Assembly: GCA_964016885.1 (NCBI GenBank)
Contig: OZ024748.1
Span: 28,706,001 to 28,770,000, forward strand
DNA from: Eledone cirrhosa
Lineage: Eukaryota
Reading direction: 5' to 3'
Length of the DNA: 64,000 nt
Of this stretch, positions 43,039 to 55,221 are shown in pieces. The first letter of the stretch is position 1, and each line of letters opens with the position of its first letter. The notes under the pieces are model-generated. The model saw nothing but the letters and a program-made list of their open reading frames with translations. It searched no databases and was not told the origin of the DNA. Position numbers and translations under genes: made by a program.

Positions 43039-43337
43039 TATAAAGAAAAAGAGATGAAATCGAAAATGCAACTGGAGTCTTATTTTTTTTTTAAATATAT
43101 ATATTTATTTGGTTCCTTTACCGGTTTCGCAGTTCTTCTGCTTTTCAAAAGGTGAGTTGAGATGGAGGGTCTCACAGGGTCTCACAGATGTGAGAAAAAC
43201 CACAGACCCTCCATCTCAACTCACCTTTTGAAAAGCAGAAGAACTGCGAAACCGGTAAAGGAACCAAATAAATATATACATTTTAAAAAAAAATAAGACT
43301 CCAGTTGCATTTTCGATTTCATCTCTTTTTCTTTATA
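43039..43337. repeat. Inverted repeat, ~134-bp arms, each containing a hammerhead
   Basis: Arms 43039-43172 and 43204-43337. Confidence 0.92.
43224..43261 (+). ncRNA. Minimal hammerhead ribozyme, U3-A8 core variant (mirror copy on minus at 43115-43152)
   Basis: cctt-TTGAAAA-gcag(aagaa)ctgc-GAAA-ccgg-TA-aagg. Confidence 0.65.
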
Positions 43338-43414
43338 CTTTCACTCGTGTAGGACACCTCGGTTATTTTTCATTTTGTAAAAAAAACCTCACTTTCTAAT
43401 ATATATATATATAT

Positions 43415-44298
43415 ATTATTTGGGTTTTGAAATTTAAATTTGTCTACGGAACAGGTTTGGATTTTAAAATTTAAATTTGTCCGGGTATCACGGTTATTAC
43501 CAATATGGGTTTGTTTTTATTGATTTATTATTTTAAATCGAGACAGACAAACTGTATTAATTTAATTAGTATTTTTCAATCTAGCTAACTTGGTTATTTA
43601 TAATACAAACACTAATATGTCTATATTAGTGTTTATCATATATTAATTTATATTAACTTGTATTTCACGGCTCAGAAATGCTTCTTTCTTTGAGCTAATT
43701 AATTGTAAAAGACTGTTTGAGTTTATAACTCTAAATATAATATAGTATTACGGCTCCTTTTGTTGAGCTAAATTTTAATCCCATATAAACGGCTGTTATT
43801 TCTAGCAGCATGAGTATGGGGTAGCTAGGAGCTGAAAACCTTGTGCGTTATCACTTGATAATCAGACCTCCGAAGTATTTCGAGGTGAAACATGCTAATT
43901 TTCTGGATACCTGCCGATGAACACAGAAATTGGAATCTTTCACTTTTTTAAATTATCGTTGCGAAACTTATTTGGGTTTTGAAATTTAAATTTGTCTACG
44001 GAACAGGTTTGGATTTTAAAATTTAAATTTGTCCGGGTATCACGGTTATTACCAATATGGGTTTGTTTTTATTGATTTATTATTTTAAATCGAGACAGGC
44101 AAACTGTATTAATTTAATTAGTATTTTTCAATCTAGCTAACTTGGTCATTTACAATACAAACACTAATATGTCTATATTAGTGTTTATCATATATTAATT
44201 TATGTTAACTTGTATTTCACGGCTCAGAAATGCTTCTTTCTTTGAGCTAATTAATTGTAAAAGACTGTTTGAGTTTATAACTCTAAATATAATATAGT
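43415..44298. repeat. ~330-bp direct repeat pair, pLTR-like partial tandem
   Basis: 43415-43748 nearly identical to 43968-44298; degenerate hammerhead-like cores in the spacer (TTGATAA...GAAAC, CCGATGA...GAAAC). Confidence 0.8.
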
Positions 44299-44504
44299 AT
44301 ATATATATATATAACGAAGGGGGTTTGGTAAGGAACCAGATGGACCATAACGCACCAGAGTACTCAATACTTAGGGTAGTAGAGTGGGTAATAGGGAAAA
44401 GTTTAACTCCGACGGCAGAGCTCAAGCCGTTTCGACGGCTATTTCTGAGTCCAGAAATAGCCTTCGAAACGGCTTGAGCTCTGCCGTCGGGGTTGAACTT
44501 TTTC

Positions 44505-44602
<98 letters not shown>

Positions 44603-45217
44603 TTATATACATACTTATACATATATATACATATATATATACATATATATATATGTATATTTATATATTTCGTTTCTGAATTTGTTTAGCAAGATTCTTT
44701 ATCTGAAATCGTGTGTTGAAACCGATATTGTTATACTTTGGGAGGGTCATATTGCCAATAAGAAACACACGCACCAGTTGCTTTCACTTCAATTTATTAT
44801 ATATTTATAAATTCATAAATTTACAAATCTACAAACTTATAAATTATAAATTTCTGGTTGGTTGGTTCCACAACCAGATAGTTGTTTATATATATAGTCA
44901 TAGTCCTTTCGTCACACACTCTGTGACCTCTTCAGTGACTGGGGATTCCTTTCTTCGTTTCTGTGCCTTTTCTTTCTTCTATCCTACGCCATTTTGTTTC
45001 TGTGTGTGTGTTGTGTGCTCAGTTTGCGCATGTGCCACATCCGGGTGTCTGTGTGTGTTTGTGTTCATTTTTCTATTTGTTTATTTATTTATTGTTGGTT
45101 GGTTGTTTGTTCTATGTGTGTGTGTGTTTTCATTTTGTCCTGTGTGTGTTTTCATTTTGTGTGTGTTTTCAATTGTAAGTTGTTTGTTCTATGTGTGTGT
45201 GTGTTTTCATTTTGTCC

Positions 45218-46033
45218 TTAATTGTAAGTTGTGATGTTGCTGTTCCACTCATATTTTCTATTTAATTTTGGTTTTAATTCTTTTATGCTTACTGCCTCTG
45301 TAATTTGCCTAAACATTGCGTCTTTTCTGTGCGTGGATTCTATTTTTATTTCTATGCTCTCTAATCTACCCTTGTGTTCTATCTTAGCATGTTGGTAGAG
45401 CACAGATGATTCTTTATTATCTTGGAGGTCTCGCCAGTGTTCATTTATTCGTTCCCCTATACTACGAGCTGTCTCACCTATGTACACTATATTTTTGTTT
45501 CTACATTGTCCTTCAGTACATCTTATGCTATACACTACATTTCTAGTTTTACAGTTAATATGGGGGCTTATTTTACAGGTTATACATTTCTTATCTATAC
45601 ATGAGGGTCTTTGGAACGGGTATGTCTTGCTAATAAGTGTTTTTACGGAGGTACCAGGTCTTTCTACTATCTTAATATTGAGATTATGTTTATTTAGGGC
45701 CCTTCTAAATTTGTAGGCTAGTTCGCCTCTAGGGGTTGTATTGATGAACATTACACTCTGGTATTTATTGCTATCATACCATGAGTTTATTCTATTGGCC
45801 TTGTTCCTAGTTCTTTCTATTCTATTCCAAAATTTGCTCCTATACAAGGGGCAGGTCCCATTTATGTCATTATTTACCATTTTTTCCCATTTGGTTCTGG
45901 CTCCTTTATACACTCTGATTCTATCTCTCTGATTGTAGCCAGAGAACTGCATACGGTGGATGAAGTGTTGTATGTGTCTCTCTAGTTCTTCGGGGTTGCA
46001 CATGCGGGACACATTTCTCATCACCCGTACCAA
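45218..46033 (-). CDS. Penelope-like RT C-terminus/linker plus GIY-YIG endonuclease (5'-truncated)
   Basis: SGY, CxxxxCxxC linker, NVVYSIRC...VYIGETARSIGERINEH...RQITEA...LN. Confidence 0.85.
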   Translation of the reverse strand: MVRVMRNVSRMCNPEELERHIQHFIHRMQFSGYNQRDRIRVYKGARTKWEKMVNNDINGTCPLYRSKFWNRIERTRNKANRINSWYDSNKYQSVMFINTTPRGELAYKFRRALNKHNLNIKIVERPGTSVKTLISKTYPFQRPSCIDKKCITCKISPHINCKTRNVVYSIRCTEGQCRNKNIVYIGETARSIGERINEHWRDLQDNKESSVLYQHAKIEHKGRLESIEIKIESTHRKDAMFRQITEAVSIKELKPKLNRKYEWNSNITTYN

Positions 46034-46065
46034 ATCCGCAAAATAACTGTAAAACTAGAAATGTA

Positions 46066-46383
46066 GTGTATAGCATAAGATGTACTGAAGGACAATGTAG
46101 AAACAAAAATATAGTGTACATAGGTGAGACAGCTCGTAGTATAGGGGAACGAATAAATGAACACTGGCGAGACCTCCAAGATAATAAAGAATCATCTGTG
46201 CTCTACCAACATGCTAAGATAGAACACAAGGGTAGATTAGAGAGCATAGAAATAAAAATAGAATCCACGCACAGAAAAGACGCAATGTTTAGGCAAATTA
46301 CAGAGGCAGTAAGCATAAAAGAATTAAAACCAAAATTAAATAGAAAATATGAGTGGAACAGCAACATCACAACTTACAATTAA
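46066..46383 (+). CDS. GIY-YIG endonuclease domain (inverted duplicate, truncated)
   Basis: Same peptide as the C-terminal part of 45218-46033. Confidence 0.8.
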   Translation: MYSIRCTEGQCRNKNIVYIGETARSIGERINEHWRDLQDNKESSVLYQHAKIEHKGRLESIEIKIESTHRKDAMFRQITEAVSIKELKPKLNRKYEWNSNITTYN

Positions 46384-46660
46384 GGACAAAATGAAAACAC
46401 ACACACACATAGAACAAACAACTTACAATTGAAAACACACACAAAATGAAAACACACACAGGACAAAATGAAAACACACACACACATAGAACAAACAACC
46501 AACCAACAATAAATAAATAAACAAATAGAAAAATGAACACAAACACACACAGACACCCGGATGTGGCACATGCGCAAACTGAGCACACAACACACACACA
46601 GAAACAAAATGGCGTAGGATAGAAGAAAGAAAAGGCACAGAAACGAAGAAAGGAATCCCC

Positions 46661-46705
46661 AGTCACTGAAGAGGTCACAGAGTGTGTGACGAAAGGACTA
46701 TGACT
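46661..46705 (+). ncRNA. Minimal type I hammerhead ribozyme (mirror copy on minus at 44896-44940)
   Basis: agtca-CTGAAGA-g-gtcac(agagtgt)gtgac-GAAA-ggac-TA-tgact, downstream of and sense to the PLE ORF. Confidence 0.8.
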
Positions 46706-46882
46706 ATATATATAAACAACTATCTGGTTGTGGAACCAACCAACCAACCAGAAATTTATAATTTATAAGTTTGTAGATTTGTAAATTTATGAATTTATAA
46801 ATATATAATAAATTAAAGTGAAAGCAATGGTGCGTGTGTTTCTTATTGGCAACATGACCCTCCCAAAGTATAACAATATATT

Positions 46883-46913
<31 letters not shown>

Positions 46914-46992
46914 GAATATGTATATATATATATATGTATGTATATAAATATGTATATGTATATGTGTCTATATATATATGTGTGTGTGTGTG

Positions 46993-47063
<71 letters not shown>

Positions 47064-47198
47064 GTAATCTGAGTTTTTCGAATATTAATAAAAAATAATT
47101 CGATTCGTTCGCAATTATGCAAACAAGCCTCATTTTTAAAGCCATGTCAGTAGAATGAGCCCCTCATTCTTGCTCTTGTGTTGGCATGTAAACAGAAC

Positions 47199-47240
47199 TG
47201 CAGACACTATTGTTTCTGGGTATCACCCTTCATCAGTACA
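47199..47240 (-). ncRNA. Type I hammerhead ribozyme within pLTR-like repeat 47085-47460 (second copy 56045-56505)
   Basis: tgta-CTGATGA-a-gggt(gat)accc-a-GAAA-caatagt-GTC-tgca. Confidence 0.7.
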
Positions 47241-48681
47241 CTTCACTGTTCATGTGCCAACCGTCAGAGCTAGTGAAAACATGATATTTTCTAAAATATA
47301 CAGTGACAGATCGGCCTGATTTGGATATTAGCAAACCGGCTGAACAGTCAGAACTGCATATCAGCAGATCCACTGATCAGCCAGATTTGCATATCAGCAA
47401 ACTGGCCAGTCAGTTCCCTGTATACGAGCGATTATTGGCCGGCTTTGCCACATTCAAATAAATCTTTAAAAAATAATAATAAATATTTTCGCTCTACATG
47501 GCTGAATACAACAAATGTAATCTGTTGGGTGTAAAGCAAATGTACTGTGCTTGGAATGTTTTTAATTTTAGTTGTAATGTGTTTGAGATGTGTACAGTTT
47601 AAAAATATGTGTGCAGTAAAGATTAGTTCCACTGTATTACTTGCTATGTTAATATAGGAAATATATTGTACAATGCATTCCTATCTTTAAATTTTCTATT
47701 AAGAAATAATTCACTTTGCTTTATGTGCGAGTTCTATTAAGAATTATTACACTAAGTCTAATGGTAAAAATGTCGTTAAATTGTTTTAACGTTATGAATT
47801 TAAAAAATAAGGGAAACGATATTCATAAGGGAGTTAATAACAAAGGGAGGTAATTAAGGAAGTATTAAAGTTGACAATATAAGAATTGTTGACAATATAA
47901 GAAGGGTTGTTTTATTATTATAAATTATTGTTTATTATCTATTAAAAATTATCCTTCATTAAATGGTGTTATAAATTAATATTTATAAATTATAAATTAT
48001 TATTGATTATTTATCAATTATATATAAAAATTTGTTATTCTTATTTTTTCAGATTGTGTAAAGAGATTTGAATTATTAATAACTACATAGGGATTTATAT
48101 AATATATAGCAATATATAAAATTAAAAACATTCCAAGTACAGTACATTTGCTTTACACCCAACATATACATTTATACACGAACTCTAATATAAAAATTCT
48201 AAAATGACCTATCTTAGTTACTTAATTTTTTTTAATTTTTTTTAGCATTATACATTACACAACATTTATTCATAATGCATACCATTTTTAACATTTTTAA
48301 CACTTTTAACATGCTTTAACATTCGGTATGAAATATGTTTGATTTATTCATTTTATAACTCTTACCTTATGCATGCCTTTATTAATCTTTGCATTATATA
48401 CCCTTAATATTACCTTCTTTTCAATGCTATATCTTTTATCTATCTTCTATAACACCTTTTTGTTTGGTATCTTTTCCACATGTATTACCTTAAAGAATAT
48501 CTTTATATATAATATGCTCAAAATTTCACTTTTCACCATTGCTCCTTATATTGTGATATCTGTAACATAACATCTTTTTGTAACTCCTGCTTTTCAATAT
48601 GATGTCACTGACACTGATACTTATGTATCTTTGTTTATGTTCTGAAGACTAGGATAATAATTACTTGTTAAACATTGTGTA

Positions 48682-48728
48682 TGCTCCGATGATTCCAGAC
48701 ATTCGTCTGGAAGAAACAATTGTCAGCA
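48682..48728 (+). ncRNA. Minimal hammerhead ribozyme with CCGAUGA core
   Basis: tgct-CCGATGA-ttccagac(attc)gtctggaa-GAAA-caatt-GTC-agca; palindromic stem III. Confidence 0.75.
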
Positions 48729-48901
48729 ATTAAATGTATTAAACTAAAATTTGATTGTTTTATATTTTGTATCTCGGCTCTGTAATACATTTGATAATTT
48801 ACATTGAGCCTTTTCTCTTACTGGTAATTGGGTAGTGCTTAGTACTACCCTCCATATTTATAATTATATATAACTCATATAAGTATAAATATTATTATTA
48901 A

Positions 48902-49066
<165 letters not shown>

Positions 49067-49115
49067 ATAAGAAAACGCGAAGTAGTTTCAGATGTTAAAG
49101 TCCTTTATTGATAAT

Positions 49116-49190
49116 GCAGTGATACATATTTCAATGACGACAGTGGCCACACGATTCTGTGTACCCAGTGCCATGACATCCTCAGACAGC
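49116..49190 (-). ncRNA. Hammerhead ribozyme-like motif with long stem II
   Basis: gctgt-CTGAGGA-extended imperfect hairpin-GAAA-tatgt-ATC-actgc. Confidence 0.55.
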
Positions 49191-49285
49191 TTCTTATATA
49201 ATAAGGTTAAGTTCCCGAGGCAATCCAAACTGAAACGACCAGGGAACGGACAAGGTGCGTGTTTTTAATCCCTAGCCCGTTCCCT

Positions 49286-49377
<92 letters not shown>

Positions 49378-49380
<3 letters not shown>

Positions 49381-49715
49381 CTGGACGGTAATATCCGTAG
49401 TGGTAGAGCACTCAGTCCATGGGACGAGTTTGGTAGAAGTAGTAACACAACAGTTAGTTCACCGTACCGAAAACAATTGTTTCACCTTAAGCGGATCTTC
49501 AGCTCGTACTGGTCATGGTTATACGGAACAGGAAGAACAACCGTATGAACGCGCATGCACAGAAACGGTCACTTCACCCAAGCGATACAAAGCCACGGAT
49601 GAAAGGTGTAAGGGAGATAACTGCGAAAGTCCGGAATAGTGTGTTCGAGTTGATTAGAAAATTAGAATGTTGTTGTTATTCAATCTGGAGCTTTGTAGGT
49701 ATGCAAGAGGTGTTT
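49378..49715 (-). mobile_element. Penelope-like pLTR fragment with hammerhead (49468-49506)
   Basis: Reverse complement of 480-787. Confidence 0.7.
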
Positions 49716-50754
49716 CCAGACATGTGGACAACGTGAGAAGATTTCATTTCTTGAATTTAGGCAATCGCTATTGCGTAATCTCCTTAGAATATTTATCCTT
49801 TCTTCAATACACAGTCCACAAAACGGATTGCCCCTTGCGTATGGTTTGGACTTAGTGATGACTCCATTGAATGGAGTCTATACCTGAGTCCTCAAGGACC
49901 CAGGTATATACTACTTGTGTGTGTGTGTTTTAATTTCATATACATATCGATTGAACATGAAAGCTTTATTTCTAAGACTGTGGTTAACGCTCTCCTCCAC
50001 TACATCACTGTTCTTCTCAGTTTCCTGCTATTATTGTTGTTTTGTGATTGATTTTTGTGCTGTTGTTTTTTTGTTTTGTTTTTTGTCAATGTTGCTAATA
50101 TCAATTTTGGGGCGGTTGGGAAAAGGTGTTTCTAATGGTAGTGATGATGTGATGGTTGTGCTGGTGGTAAAAGTAGTGGGGATGATTGTGGTGATGGTAA
50201 TGGTGGTGATATTGGGTGTGGGAGCGATGATGGTGGTGGTGGTGGTATAGTTGTTGTCATAATCACACACACGCCCTCCCCGTCAGTTAAACGACTGTTT
50301 GACCAATGAATTTAACAGACATATGGTTCGCAAAAGCAAAAGTATCACTCCCCCCTACACACACACACTCATATACACGCATAAACATACACACACGCAC
50401 ACACATACACAGAGGACACACAGAGACTCATACACACGCATACATACATTCAAATGCACATACACACACAAACACATACACTCGCGCAGACATATACACA
50501 TATAACGACACGGAAGCACAGCAACAGACGCATACATACACACACATGCACACACGCACGCACACACACACACACATATACACACAGTTCTTTGTTATTT
50601 CCGTCTGTTCCCGTATTTCATCACTCGATGCACGGTCAATGCAACCATTTATTATTAAATAATAAAGAAATAAAGAAATCATTATTATTATTGTTTTTGT
50701 TGTGGTTGTTCTGGTTTTTGATTTTATTGTTTTTATTATTGTTGGTATTAATTG

Positions 50755-50910
50755 CATAACCAGTAGAGCGTCGGATGAAATGCATTTCTGTCTTTAATTC
50801 CAGCCCTTTACGCTCAAAACTTTGCATTTCATAATTCCGAGGTCTCTAAAAAATAGTACCAATCAAATACAGGGGTCGATATAATCGAGTTTCCCATCCA
50901 CTCAAAATTA
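50755..50910 (+). mobile_element. Degenerate tRNA-derived SINE
   Basis: GTAGAGCGTCGGA head, AACTTTGCATTTCAT, AGTACCA, GGGGTCGATATAATCGA. Confidence 0.6.
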
Positions 50911-50997
50911 TACATTATATATATAATGTATATACACTACATATATGCTACATACATACGTACATACATACATACGTACATACACATACATACATAC

Positions 50998-53900
50998 ATT
51001 CCATCAGTCAACTCGATCAGTCGCATATTTTGGCGTGGGAGACTATTTATTAAATTTAAGATGAATACTATTTCCGACAGTAATGCCACAACTACAGCTA
51101 GGTTGAATAACTGGTTATTCTTCTAACTATCCCTTCTGAAGACACCTTTTATTCGAATTCGTAGAGATATCCGACTAAATACATAATTCATTTTACAAGG
51201 ATTTGCTACAAACAGCATGGCTGAACACAACATCAACAAGAAAATTAAGGAAGTATCGAAGACAAATAACAAAGAAGGTAATCAAACTTTATTCAGTTGT
51301 AGCTACAGAAGAAACCGAAATTATAAATCGCATTTCTCTTGGTGTTGCGAACTTAATAATGATTTATTTAATTGTTATAAAATGGCAAAAAACAATCCCT
51401 CCATTGGCTATATGAATAGAATGAAGCTACACTGGGACGAAATGCACCCAGAGCTAAATTATTTCACAGCGAAACAATTACGCCAACAAGCGACGTTTGT
51501 TGAACGTAAAAATAAGATAAATATTATTAATTGTAAGTCCCCCACAACAAACATGGAATCAACAACACGTGCTACAGATCGCCATGCTACTGGACTTCCT
51601 AGCAGCCAGGTCGAACAGCGCCTTGAAACAACTATGCCTGTACCATCTAAGTCTACCTCGAATGCTGAGGAAAACACTATCGATAATAATAATAATCGAA
51701 GAAATAATAATAATAATCGAATAAATGTGACACCAGGTATACCACCCGAGTCTACCTCGACTGTTATCGATAATGATAATCAAAAGTATAAACAATTGAA
51801 AATTTCCCCCAACGAAATCTTCCAGAGAGAAATTAACTCATGTATAAATATCTCTCTGGCTGAACGTGTTAAAATGACAATGGTGAATAAAAAACCAAAT
51901 AATGAAATACGACGTGTTATTGACGAAATAGGGGATGAATATTTACGACGGATAAAAACCCCAACATTTTGGCAAATCAACGCCTGTTTATATGCCTTAG
52001 TAATGACAGTGAAGCATTATCTTGGTGATAGCAGAGATATTAGCAAGAACAAAACACCACCAAAAATACCATCATATATAACTAAAATAGAAAAAAAGAG
52101 TGCTGACCTAAGAAAAAACATAGGACATGTGATAATGCTCCTTACATGCAAACAAACACAAAAAAACTTCACTCCTCACCAACAAAGAGTGAAAAATAAA
52201 ATAGAGACGATGTTTGGTAACAGTAGAACCAGAACTCTCCAATATAAGCTGATCACCCTCAAACAAGAATTGAGAGCTGTTAGCGAAAAACGCCGATACC
52301 TGAAGAAGGTAGATGAGAGAAAAATGCTTAATAAAAGATTCAGACGAAACCAAACATCAGTCTATAGAGATATGAAGGGCAAAATAATAAGTCTCACTGA
52401 GGCCCCATCCCAGAAAGACATAGATTCCTTTTGGAGAAAAGTATGGGGTGAAAAGAAGAATTTCACCCAAGATGCAGTGTGGCTAAGAGAAATCCGAAAG
52501 AACTATTGCTTCTACACTACAACAAAAACATACGAAATAAGTGAGGGTACCCTTGAGACTGGGATAGGAAAACTCCAAGATAAGAAAACACCAGGACTCT
52601 TCCTGGTGTTTTCTTATCTTGATTGTCGGCTACTGGTACAAAAAACTAATATTCTATCGGAGGTATCTTACTGACCTCTACCAACAAGTTCTTAAGGGAG
52701 ATACACTTATATCAGAATGGTTGACATTAGCACAAACGTTACTGGTCCCCAAGAACAAAGAGACCCACTTGGCAAAAAACTACCGACCCATTGCATGCCA
52801 GAACCTGATGTATAAGATGTATACAGCCTGCCTCAACCTATTCCTCCAAGATCACTGTGAAAATAATAACATCATCACAGATGAACAAGCAGCTGGAAAG
52901 AAAAGGGTTTGGGGATGTGCTGAACAACTCCTAATCAACAAAACTGCGATGTCGGAGGTGCGACAACTTAGGAGGAATATGACTACAGTCTGGCTGGACT
53001 ACAAGAAAGCTTTAGATTCTGTTCCCCACTTTTGGATGATAGAGGCCCTCCAACTTGCTAAAGTCCCAGACATTATTGTCAGAGCCATAGAGAGGCTGTC
53101 TTCTTCTTGGGTTACTATCCTAAGGTTAAAGACAGAGAGGGAGGACTCTATTTTCACTGATAAAATAAAATATTGCAGGGGTATATTTCAGGGGGACAGT
53201 CTCTCTGTGATATTGTTCATCTTGTCATTAAATCCCTTGTCCTTTCTGCTCAAGAAATGTGAGGGATACATCATTGGCTCACAGGAGGACAGAAATACGA
53301 ACCTAACCCATAACTTCTTTGTGGACGATCTGAAACTCTATGCCAAGAACATGGATGGGATGAAGAAAAATCTTGACCTGGTTACAACGTTCTCAAAGGA
53401 TATAGGAATGGAGTTTGGCCAAGATAAATGCTCATACATGACTGTAAAGCGGGGAAAAACAACAACCCAATCTAGCAACATTGTCATCAATGGTCTAACT
53501 GTTTCACCGATATCTGATGAGGACTGCTACAGATACCTGGGGATAGATGAGAACATATCCTATAATGATATCTGTAATAAAGAACGCGTAACCAGGGAAT
53601 ACTACACCCGATTAAGAAAGATCTGGTCATCGGAACTCTCTGCGCAAAACAAAACAGTGGCTCACAATGTGTTTGCTGTGCCTGTCCTAACACCAACGTT
53701 TGGAATACTCAATTGGACGATAGACGAAATCCGAGCAGTTGATGTTGGAACTCGAAAAATACTGAACAACACCGGAAACTTCCACATCAACAGTGACATA
53801 GACCGTCTTTACTTGAAACGTAAGCAGGGAGGCAGAGGCCTAACATCAGTCCAGACAACATTTGAATGTCGCATCATATCTCTCCGACAACATCTACGAA

Positions 53901-55119
53901 CCTCGAAACGTAGGAGCCCGCTTCTCGAGCAAGTCTATCTGCATGAAACAGATAAGATCATGAGAGTTGGGAAGGAACTCCTCGAGAGATATTCCCTGTG
54001 TGATAATCAAAAACTCACACCCAGGGATGTCGCTCAGCAGTATCGCAGTGAATCCATGGATGAAAAACTGCATGCCTATCAGCAAAAAATCATGCATGGA
54101 TATGTTGCCAGGAAGCTCCAGAGTGAGAGTAATATAGATAAGGAAAGTAGTCTATCTTGGACCAACAACCGCTATATTGGCTCCCACTTTGAAGGATACG
54201 CTTTTGCAATCCAAGAACAGGAGATTAGCACGAAATACCTGATTCACAAAAGAGATAGGGATGCAGGCAAAACACCTAGATGTGATAACAAGTGCAGACT
54301 CTGCAGAACTAACATCGAGGATATCACCCATGTCATCAGCAGCTGCCCAAAGATGTCATCGCGGTACTATCTACCTATGAGGCATGATGTAGTGGCCAAA
54401 ACACTGTACAATGCAGTTCGTAAAAAAGATAGCCCCGATAATAAACACATTAAAAGCTACAACAATGTGGAAGACATCCATGTACATAATATGAAAGAGT
54501 ACTGGTGGAATGTTCCAGTAAAAACCCCAATAAAATGCAGGCATAACAGACCAGATATTATGATATGGGACAGGGAGAAGAAAACATGCACACTAGTTGA
54601 AATTAGCTGCCCAGCAGATGCCAATATAATATCAAAGATTAGTGAAAAGGAGAATATTTATGCAGAACTGATGAGAAATCTGCAGATACTCCACCCTGAT
54701 TACACCTTCAGATTTATGCCTGTGATTATTGGGGCACTGGGATATGTTAGTAACTGCCTCAATACAAATCTTGAGAAGCTAGGCTTCACAGGAACAGAAA
54801 GAACACAACTAGTTAGGAAATTTCAAGTACAATCCATTAATGGAACAGTAAAAATATGTAAAACATTCCAAAAATGTTGCATCTAATAACTGCATATACA
54901 CATGTACAGATACAAAGCATATACACATGCACACATACAACCCAAAACATACACATCCACACATACAATAACATCCATATCTACACATGCATGCATGCAG
55001 ACATACATACATATCTACCTAGTTGATGTTGTGTAAATTCCAATGAGAGTCTTGTGTCTATGTTAGAAACTGACTCTCTCTCTATTGGTAAAACTTTGTG
55101 AAATTATAAAACCAGAAGA
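50998..55119 (+). mobile_element. R4/Dong-clade RLE non-LTR retrotransposon, family A, apparently full-length
   Basis: Short 5' UTR, one long reading frame, ~230-bp 3' UTR; CATA repeats at both junctions. Confidence 0.92.
51217..54886 (+). pseudogene. RT-CCHC-restriction-like endonuclease polyprotein with a single frameshift at ~52600
   Basis: N-terminal W...CY...GYMNRM...W domain; YRPIAC, DYKKA, GIFQGDSLS, FVDD, YRYLG; CRLC...H...C, RHD, NRPDI, VEISCP. Confidence 0.92.
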
Positions 55120-55221
55120 ACATACATACATACATACATACATACATACATACATACATACATACATACATACATACATACATACATACATACATACATA
55201 CATACATACATACATACATAC

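Larger units (their letters stand above)
44667..46879. mobile_element. Penelope-like element: two 5'-truncated copies head-to-head
   Basis: Arms 44725-45557 and 46044-46879 are near-identical reverse complements; (TA)n flanks. Confidence 0.92.

Noticed and set aside
51217-52674. Separate ORF1 of a two-ORF LINE
   Set aside because: Split is caused by the hairpin insertion at 52576-52621; the sister fragment shows a continuous frame
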